A stretch of 64,000 nucleotides of DNA, taken from NCBI GenBank assembly GCA_020619395.1, contig GCA_020619395.1_4860.1; one strand, given 5' to 3'. Every line of letters starts with the position of its first letter. Position 1 is the stretch's first letter. A program made the translations under genes and the position numbers. Of this stretch, positions 57,501-64,000 are shown one piece after another. The notes under the pieces are model-generated. The model had not been told where the DNA came from, ran no database searches, and worked only from the letters and a program-made list of their open reading frames with translations. The stretch is from a phage.

Positions 57501-60500
57501 ATCCAAGCACTGACCCAAGGTCTGGCCAGTAAGATTGGTTTAGGCTTTAATAAGGTGGCTAAGCTACCGAAAAGGTTCCTGGATTTCCTGTCACCAAAAG
57601 CGGGCAGCATCGTTGGTAAGATTAAGGACTGGCTGAACGAGATTCCGGAAGGCGAAGAAAAGACACGTCTCCAGAAAGCGTTCAACCGTGTAACGAGCTT
57701 ACCGGGTAAAGTGCTCGGTTTTGCGAAACGTGGTGTCGATCGTCTGAAAGACATGATTACCGACAACCCACTGACGCGTTGGTGGAAAGGCCGTAAAGAT
57801 GGTGGGGGTGGTGGTTTCAGTCTCTTCTCATCAACCGGCAAGAAAACCAACCACATCCTTATCCGTATCTATAAACTGTTGAACCAACGTTTACCGGGAG
57901 ATCCGGAAGACGAAAGTTGGACAGAGGAAATGGAGAAGGGCGTCGGGGGTGGCGGTAGTACGATCGGTCGTGCAGTACGCGGGGCGTATGATCGTGCGAA
58001 AGCGTCATTGTCTGAACGTTTTGGTGGACGTTGGTCAAGAACAAAAGCGTTCTTTGGTCGTGGACGTGACCGCCTGCGTGGTTGGTTCAGTGGTTTCCGA
58101 GGCCGGGCTGGGGATATGCTCGATGGATATCGTGGAGCACGACACGACATTGCTACACGTTACGAAGTTGAACGTCGGTTGGCTGGACGCGATGATGATG
58201 TTGCTGAGTTTTATCGCAGCCATTTGAACGCGAAAGGTGGCCTTTCTGGCCGTAAAGTCTACGGCGATGCGAAGGAAGACCTTGAGACCGCCCGCGATGC
58301 AGCAGGGAGGGTTATCAACAAAGGGAAGAATGCCGCCAAGTCAGCAGGTGCAAGGTTATTCGAACGCTTGGACCGAATGATTGGCTTGCAAGAGATGTCG
58401 TGGTTTAACACCATGCGCGAATCAGTATCCCGTGCAGGTGGCGACGATGGCATTATTCGTACCATGTTTGCGAAGTTCGGTAAACGTAACAAGCCGCCTG
58501 AAGGTGATGAAAAACGCGACTACTTTAACTTCTTCAAACGTTGGCGTGAGAAACGTAAGGAGAAGAAAGAGAAAGCGCAGGGCTCCAAAGGGAAATCTGG
58601 CGGTCTGTGGGATATGGTGAAAGGCTTACCTATCATCGGTCCCATCGTCAGTATCTTGGGAACTGTGGGTAATATACTCGGTTCTATCACGAAATGGGGT
58701 GTGTTAAAACCCGTAGGTCTTTTAGGTAAGGCTGCGTGGAATGTTGGTAAGTTCGCAGTAACCCGTTTGGCGGCACCCGCGGTGTCCGCTGTGGCAACTG
58801 CGGCATCTGCCGTCGTGACAGCAGTGGGCTGGCCGGCAATTCTTATCGGTGGTGCGATCGCTGCGGCAGGTTACGCCGCGTACAAGATCGCAACGACTAC
58901 CTATACCCAGTACCTGGATAAGATGCGTTTAGCTCAGTACGGTTTCCGTGATTACGATAAGTGGTCGTCGGACGACGGGGCGAAGGCGCGTTACTTAGAA
59001 GACGCATTGCGTGAGTATGTGTCTTACGCGGAAGATGGCCAAGCCAGTCTCCGCGGACTAAGTGGAAAAGACGTTCAGAAGTTAGCTGAAGGGTTCGGTA
59101 TCAACGTTGAGGAAAAAGGCGAGATGTTGGCCTTCCAAGCGTTTATGCTTCAGCGCTTCATTCCGATTTATCTCCGCTGGATTACGGCACTGAAATCGAT
59201 GCCGAACAGTATCCAGTTGGCTGACGTCGGCGATGCGAAGAAAGTATCGAAAGAGGACATGCAGACACTCTTCAACAAAATGAAGATGACTAAGGATGCA
59301 AAAGCGTTCTCTTCGTTAACTGACCCACGCAAAGTCAACCAAGGTTTCTTCTCGAAAGCTTGGGACGTTGTAACCTTTACACCGAAGGAGTTTTTGAGCG
59401 GTGAAGAGGTTATGGAAGTGCAGAATGAAGTTGAGCGTGCAATCAAGTTCAGAATGGACGATAAGAAAGCACGTAAGTACGGAATGGCACCGGCTGTAGA
59501 GGGGATTAAGTCCGCGGGCGTTGATGAAGCTATCAACAAACTTGGACAGTTGGATAACGAACGTAATAAAAATCTGGCGAAGGTAGAGGGTTGGGAAGAC
59601 GGAACAGAGCAGGTTCAGATTCAGGTAGACTGGAATGCGGTGCTCGACCAGAAAGACATGAATGCGATGGAGTCGGTACGTTGGAAGACTTATGGTTTTA
59701 CCACCATCGACAACGCCACACGCACGTTGATTACGGTATTCGAGAAAAACGTCATCAAAGACATTGACGTGAAAACCGCAAGCTACAAAGGTGATTGGAA
59801 GAAAGCAATCGCCTCAATGGTTCCAGACGCTATCGGCACACCGAAAGAAGATCGTTTGAAGCGGTGGTTCTTTGACCGTTTCTTACCGGTATTCATGACG
59901 TACTTGGTTGGGGTGAAACGCTACCTGCCAACAGCTGATCCGCTGAACTTGAAACTGACCGGCGGTTACCTGTACGAAATCAGTTTGATGATGTCAACTG
60001 CCTACAGCTTGAAAGGCGGTATAAGACAGTCGGTGTGGGAAGTGAATATCAACCCATTAGGGGGCGATGCTAACACGAACCCATCGTCTATCAAAGCCGA
60101 GCTGGAAACGCTGAAGCTGTTGTCAAAAGAAGCTGACCTTGCCGTGCGTAACATGATTAAAGCCATTAAAAATAATGGCAAGCGTGCACGCTGGAAGGAT
60201 CGTAACAAGAACCGCAGTTCTCTGGAAGTCACCGGTGAAGATGAAGAAGACTCGAACATCAGTTCGGGAGATTCTTTGTCATCTGACGGTGCTCGCGCCT
60301 CAGGCTACATGCCATCGGGTACGAGTGGTGGTGTGCCGGGTAACTTGGGTCAAGTCGTCGATGCGGTTGGTGGTGTGCGGAACTACGCTGCAATGACCAC
60401 TGGTTCGTCTTCGATTAACCTGAGTGATGTGAAAGACGGTGATTATAAGTCACTGGCTGAAAAATACCCGATAGAAATGTTGGGTAGAAAGGGTGCGTTG

Positions 60501-61694
60501 AACGTTCCGAATATCAAAGCATTGATTACCGATGCAGCGAACATGATGGGCGTGCCACCTGCAGTGGCGTTAGCAATGGCTAAGGCGGAGTCCGGATTTA
60601 ACTACACCGCTAAAAACCCGTATGCTTCGGCGTCTGGGTTGTTCCAGTTTGTTAACGGCACGTGGGACGGGATGATGAAGGGGTATTCGCGGAAGTTTGG
60701 TATTCCGCGTGTTAACCAAATGGACCCGTGGGCGAATGCTATACTGGGTGTACAGTTCATTCGTGACAACATCCAACAAGCACAACGTGACCTGGGTGGT
60801 AAAGCACCACCTCCAGCCGTGGCTTATCTGTACCACTTCCTAGGTGCAGGCGGCGGTAAGAAATTCCTGGAAGCGTGGAAGCGTAATCCGAATATGGCGG
60901 CATCGAGTGCTCCTGGGATTACATCCGCAATATTGAGAGGGAATGCCAACGTCTTCTACAGCAACGGTCGTATACGTAGCGTAGACGGGGTTATTCAGGA
61001 ACTGAACCGCCGCATGGGCGCAATTTCCGCCAACGAAGTCGCTGCCGATCCGAGCAAGACGAAGGATATGGTTGCAGGCTTGTCGCCTAATTCACCAACC
61101 AACCCGGCAGCAGCAATGGGTGCACCGGCCGCTAATGACCCGAGTCTGTCACCGGCAGATAACCTGCCAGCAGATAATGCTAATCGTCGTGATGACGCAT
61201 TGACGCAGAAAGGGGCCATGGCGGCACAAGATGCAATGGCTACCGCCGCAGGTAATGTAGGACCAGCAGCACCTACACCAACCACAGGCGGTACCGGAAC
61301 ATCCGATGCCTCAACAACGGCCGAAACCGTAGCGTCGCAAGCTGCAGCAGAAGGATTGTCTGCGACGGATGTTGCTAAAGTGAAAGCAGGCGCGGAAGCG
61401 CAGGTTAACGCAGCAGCTCGTCCAGTTGCCGCTCCAACTTCTGATGCTACAGCATCGACGCCAACGCTGAATGGTGACCCGATAGATGTTCAGCAGCTCA
61501 AGGTACTGATTCAGTCTCGCGATTACTTGAAAGAGATTCGTGATATTTTGAAATCAAATCCGAGAGCAGCAAACGACACGCGTGGTGGTAGTATCCAGCA
61601 AGCGGCAAATGTTCCTCCTCCGGGCTCAGCTGCACGCAGGCAGGAAATAACCCAACCGACACCGTCGTTAAACGTAAGTCGGAAAGCAAGCTAA
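54573..61694 (+). CDS. giant virion-associated protein (2373 aa) with C-terminal lytic transglycosylase (SLT) domain, central hydrophobic segments and Gly-rich repeats
   Basis: SLT signature ALAMAKAESGFNYTAKNPYASASGLFQFVNGTWDG around 60560-60660; hydrophobic stretch GLPIIGPIVSILG...AILIGGAIAAAGYAAY; repeated FAKRGV and GGGG/GGSGGG segments. Confidence 0.65.
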   Translation: MAKRGKDGFDDIDLDRLDDWDDFGEPPRPKDEKKRSPILSTLNVARKSALSTIWPEGKRDQVILKGMPKPAADTYEGYQSAAAAAKDIYAHTKGELEKTERTLKMQARQLGPTMKKYLPDAVTKRFDKWSKSDQLDYQNYDPNQALMDRELGDVFSGVPKDADEQRQLQDRMVEDKLRDSIKEMRADAMHQTMIGMAKDINLLTGLSRGVFLNIERKKLELQYRTLFAIQDIVKMKQSEFDRNTPALEAIVKNTALPDYAKEDFSEVRWANVKRQAAEWMNPLRYADGFMDMIRENTKKKISGIFGEGRGLLESVLGMGVEDDFGMSDSSSLTAERRKTNARDKATAWGSGFLAKKLLGPQIEKLQKWTREEMEKNPEVMKRLQKGAFTFGNLSSISNSAIAGETQGPLADLFRVLNELGIVQPLNREKAFLDERNGETLSRSAKFDRKAYLSIVEVIPAWLAEINKSVRRGYGEHADLEYDITSRGFVDRKVVGNRVRKAVANDEQRLRLQNSINSTVDFVDRGKTLSQKDRQHLADYIESRASQGRAFDVEAILKDPMHLHRYMPGNSAERIKEALQGHSDSLVGGSNELSNELARKISTVQSSITQRQAIIDEAVNIYGERALRDAGIFNYDAKSDTFGVDKDLSDPYTLFNDLAMGKTRSGRALTRDQEIQRKLQNGSALGDYLRRMNQGASGGADDTSLPPALRGGGKGRGMSPRQLAAVLYGETSTNFVELLSQRNRGEEAPRNNFDGIIEAIRGNNNSDTLQKILEHVRSMDEEGVLLASLAGGAGSGDEEMGPPRPGGGSGGGKRRRIIIGEDGLIRRWGGVLFDTATGIGGFAKRGVKGAWNKLNQFGGWARGKVAGMGGGEGPGFLTRMRGLISGSVRGGFEAVSSFGKGLLGIRDIYDDHGNVVLQGARLEAGEYYQVIDGKMVQLKTLDDIKLGSDIVDSAGNLVLAAADLAAAGKLRYYKGGKIQALTQGLASKIGLGFNKVAKLPKRFLDFLSPKAGSIVGKIKDWLNEIPEGEEKTRLQKAFNRVTSLPGKVLGFAKRGVDRLKDMITDNPLTRWWKGRKDGGGGGFSLFSSTGKKTNHILIRIYKLLNQRLPGDPEDESWTEEMEKGVGGGGSTIGRAVRGAYDRAKASLSERFGGRWSRTKAFFGRGRDRLRGWFSGFRGRAGDMLDGYRGARHDIATRYEVERRLAGRDDDVAEFYRSHLNAKGGLSGRKVYGDAKEDLETARDAAGRVINKGKNAAKSAGARLFERLDRMIGLQEMSWFNTMRESVSRAGGDDGIIRTMFAKFGKRNKPPEGDEKRDYFNFFKRWREKRKEKKEKAQGSKGKSGGLWDMVKGLPIIGPIVSILGTVGNILGSITKWGVLKPVGLLGKAAWNVGKFAVTRLAAPAVSAVATAASAVVTAVGWPAILIGGAIAAAGYAAYKIATTTYTQYLDKMRLAQYGFRDYDKWSSDDGAKARYLEDALREYVSYAEDGQASLRGLSGKDVQKLAEGFGINVEEKGEMLAFQAFMLQRFIPIYLRWITALKSMPNSIQLADVGDAKKVSKEDMQTLFNKMKMTKDAKAFSSLTDPRKVNQGFFSKAWDVVTFTPKEFLSGEEVMEVQNEVERAIKFRMDDKKARKYGMAPAVEGIKSAGVDEAINKLGQLDNERNKNLAKVEGWEDGTEQVQIQVDWNAVLDQKDMNAMESVRWKTYGFTTIDNATRTLITVFEKNVIKDIDVKTASYKGDWKKAIASMVPDAIGTPKEDRLKRWFFDRFLPVFMTYLVGVKRYLPTADPLNLKLTGGYLYEISLMMSTAYSLKGGIRQSVWEVNINPLGGDANTNPSSIKAELETLKLLSKEADLAVRNMIKAIKNNGKRARWKDRNKNRSSLEVTGEDEEDSNISSGDSLSSDGARASGYMPSGTSGGVPGNLGQVVDAVGGVRNYAAMTTGSSSINLSDVKDGDYKSLAEKYPIEMLGRKGALNVPNIKALITDAANMMGVPPAVALAMAKAESGFNYTAKNPYASASGLFQFVNGTWDGMMKGYSRKFGIPRVNQMDPWANAILGVQFIRDNIQQAQRDLGGKAPPPAVAYLYHFLGAGGGKKFLEAWKRNPNMAASSAPGITSAILRGNANVFYSNGRIRSVDGVIQELNRRMGAISANEVAADPSKTKDMVAGLSPNSPTNPAAAMGAPAANDPSLSPADNLPADNANRRDDALTQKGAMAAQDAMATAAGNVGPAAPTPTTGGTGTSDASTTAETVASQAAAEGLSATDVAKVKAGAEAQVNAAARPVAAPTSDATASTPTLNGDPIDVQQLKVLIQSRDYLKEIRDILKSNPRAANDTRGGSIQQAANVPPPGSAARRQEITQPTPSLNVSRKAS

Positions 61695-61703
61695 TCGTAG
61701 GGG

Positions 61704-63965
61704 GTGGCAACACCCCCTAATCATCTTACAGAGAGGTTTTACGTGGAAGCAAGACAACTAAAAGATTCAGGATGGGTAACCGGCCTGTTTGGCGGTACAA
61801 CCGCACAACGCGATGAGCGTTTCCTGGGTTTGCGTCGTTACTCTAACGCGATGCTCTCGTTTGAAGATACCACGATGGGTGGTTCGCAAGCGTTAAATGC
61901 GCCGCCGCAGTTTACGATGTTTGCTGATCCGAGTTCAACAGGTGCCTTTGCACAACCTGATGCGGGTCGTGGCTCGTACTCAAAGTACGTTAAAGGTCAA
62001 GACCAACGTGGTTCCTATCGTCTAGGGACTTTCTATTACGAAGCTATTAACCAAAACAGTTTTTATCTTCATTGTCGTTTCGGTAAACCTCGATATATCG
62101 GGGTCGCTGCATTCTTCGCGAATATGTACGATTCCAACCTAGCGTATCTGGCGCGCACAGGTGACTACCCAGGTATGTTACGTGCGATGGGGACGTATGT
62201 TGCCGCCGCAGCAATATGGGCCGCAGTAGGTACGGTTGCCTTTGCGGTTATTCTGATTACGCCACGTATGTTGAAGATGGTGCTGAACAAGCAGACTTCT
62301 CGCTACTACTACGTGAAACCGACAATGCACTTGTATCTGCGCGCGGTGCAGAATATGGTCAACACCCAGTTAGTTTATCGCCGATTGGTACCAACGGGTG
62401 TGTTAGGGACTTTCCAGCTTGCTAATGCTGTAGATGGGTCTGAGAAAGGCGGTACTGCTAATAAGTACAACGGCGACCGCAAAGAGTGGTACTCCATGCT
62501 GCCAGAAATCTGGACAGCTGATGGTGAGTTCGATATCTATCGAATGATTAACCGCTACCAAACATTAGCCAACTACCAGGCGAAAACCATCGATAAAATT
62601 CGTAAAGAGTCGAGTAACGAAGAGGACATGGCTCGACGTTTGCGAAACTTCTATCTGGAAGCGACGTACTCAACAACCCATTTGGAGAAAGCTGCGCAGT
62701 ACGAGGTTTCTTTACGTAACCTTGAATACGTAGCCAAAGCCGGTAAAGGGTACGATGCCGGTTTTGAAAACGTCGATAACAAAGAAGACGAACTGGTAGC
62801 AGGGATGAACGGAAGCATTCAGGATGCTCAGTCACAAGGAGGTAAAGCTGAAAACTTCGAAAACGAAGGTGATGCGCAACGTAAAGAGCTTGCCGAGCGT
62901 ATGGCACAGGTTGAAAAGAACCAGGCTCAGGTTGCTAAAAGTCAGACCGAAGCAAACTCAATGGATGAGAATAATCTCGACATTGGGAAGATTGAAAACT
63001 GGATGGACCAAGGCCAGAAAGAATCTGTCGGTAGCGTCTTCAAAGACTATATCGATATTTTAGAAGGCGCTATGGATGGGTTAACTTCGAACATCGCTTC
63101 GGAGATACGCAATGGTTCGCAGTGGATTACTTGGCGTGTTGATGGACGTGATACCGTAGGGCGTTCGTTCTCCAACACCACCAAAGAACCTGAAATCTCT
63201 GGCACGGTTAACTCCGCCACACAGAAAGCACGTTCTTTGGAAGTAAACCTCTCTGGTGGTAAGACTGGTTTCGACGCAGTCGATGGTCTCATTACTGGGT
63301 TGAAGTCCGCCTTTACAGGCGCACTCGATTTCTTGCATTTATCAGGGATTATGTCGCTGTACAACTCGTCAGTGATTGACTTCCCGGAAGTGTGGGACTC
63401 CTCAGACACCTCAGGTGACGATATCTCGCTAAGTATTCCCCTTCGCTGTTGGTCGGGTAACGACTTAGATGTGTTTCAGGATCTGATTGTCCCGTTGTCG
63501 TTCTGGTTAGCGGCAGTTTGTCCGTTAGCAACCGGTAAACAATCGTTTACACACCCGTTCTATCTGGAGTGCTATTCTCGCGGTCGTTATTCCATGCGTA
63601 ATGCCATGGTAACTAACCTGAGTCTCCAGTTCGGTACAGGTGGTTTAGGTTGGCGTGCTGACGGTCTGCCGTTGTCGTGTGATATACAGGTAACTATTCG
63701 TGACCTGTCGCGCGTTATGTACATGCCGATTGTAACTGATATTGGTGTGTTTGATGATGATAACAAGTTCAGTGAATTTATGTCTGTGTTGGGCGCTGCC
63801 ACGCTTTACGAGCGTACCAACGGCATCGCGCAGGCTAAAATCAATGCGTCTATCTGGGCGCAGAACTGGGCAAGTGCCTGGTCGCAGGGCAGCATCGTCA
63901 ACGCCGCCTTAGATATCATACCAGCCCGACAAATCGCGAACATTTTCCTACCACAAGCGCGTTAA
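61704..63965 (+). CDS. hypothetical virion-module protein (753 aa) with one hydrophobic segment
   Basis: follows the giant SLT protein after a 9-nt gap; hydrophobic stretch GTYVAAAAIWAAVGTVAFAVILI. Confidence 0.55.
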   Translation: MATPPNHLTERFYVEARQLKDSGWVTGLFGGTTAQRDERFLGLRRYSNAMLSFEDTTMGGSQALNAPPQFTMFADPSSTGAFAQPDAGRGSYSKYVKGQDQRGSYRLGTFYYEAINQNSFYLHCRFGKPRYIGVAAFFANMYDSNLAYLARTGDYPGMLRAMGTYVAAAAIWAAVGTVAFAVILITPRMLKMVLNKQTSRYYYVKPTMHLYLRAVQNMVNTQLVYRRLVPTGVLGTFQLANAVDGSEKGGTANKYNGDRKEWYSMLPEIWTADGEFDIYRMINRYQTLANYQAKTIDKIRKESSNEEDMARRLRNFYLEATYSTTHLEKAAQYEVSLRNLEYVAKAGKGYDAGFENVDNKEDELVAGMNGSIQDAQSQGGKAENFENEGDAQRKELAERMAQVEKNQAQVAKSQTEANSMDENNLDIGKIENWMDQGQKESVGSVFKDYIDILEGAMDGLTSNIASEIRNGSQWITWRVDGRDTVGRSFSNTTKEPEISGTVNSATQKARSLEVNLSGGKTGFDAVDGLITGLKSAFTGALDFLHLSGIMSLYNSSVIDFPEVWDSSDTSGDDISLSIPLRCWSGNDLDVFQDLIVPLSFWLAAVCPLATGKQSFTHPFYLECYSRGRYSMRNAMVTNLSLQFGTGGLGWRADGLPLSCDIQVTIRDLSRVMYMPIVTDIGVFDDDNKFSEFMSVLGAATLYERTNGIAQAKINASIWAQNWASAWSQGSIVNAALDIIPARQIANIFLPQAR

Positions 63966-63987
63966 TATACCATAGAGGTAGTGCGTT

Positions 63988-64000
63988 ATGAGTTTATTTG
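63988..64000 (+). CDS. start of a gene that continues beyond the window end
   Basis: ATG at 63988 preceded by AGAGGTAG; only 4 codons visible. Confidence 0.3.

Noticed and set aside
1-64000. CRISPR array, integrase or transposase
   Set aside because: No regularly spaced direct repeats and no recombinase-like ORF were seen; the content is that of a lytic phage genome.

Overview
This 64 kb window reads as part of a large tailed phage genome, most consistent with a phiKZ-like (nucleus-forming, Chimalliviridae-type) jumbo phage of an enterobacterial host (about 50% GC, E. coli-like codon usage). All calls are from reading the sequence and the supplied ORF track by eye; no searches or folding programs were run.

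Main points:
- Two multisubunit RNA polymerase sets are visible. One beta-prime N-terminal-like gene (6603-8198, -) sits in an early/replication-type module; a second one (52930-54543, -) sits with a beta-like gene (48706-52911, -) next to a giant 2373 aa virion protein carrying a lytic transglycosylase (SLT) domain (54573-61694, +).
- The 617 aa gene beside the first RNAP subunit (8281-10134, -) is a candidate phage-nucleus shell protein (chimallin) by synteny only.
- Other recognisable genes: a T4 gp17-like large terminase, a tail sheath/tube pair, an SbcD/Mre11-like nuclease, an SSB-like protein, an HD phosphohydrolase, a HAD 5'-nucleotidase-like protein and an HslV-like protease.
- Coding is dense and mostly on the minus strand, except for a ~4.9 kb stretch (22140-27016) that is almost ORF-free. 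It holds one clear tRNA-Trp, two weaker tRNA-like sequences, the HslV-like operon, GC-rich structured-looking segments, and an AT-rich palindromic element that looks like a replication origin.
- Recurrent regulatory signals: a promoter-like motif AGATAATATCTATCT (six copies), a conserved leader TTAAGGA(G/A)TATTTAAA-ATG, and many hairpin terminators with UUCG tetraloops.
- Most remaining ORFs are hypothetical. No CRISPR array, rRNA, integrase or transposase was seen.
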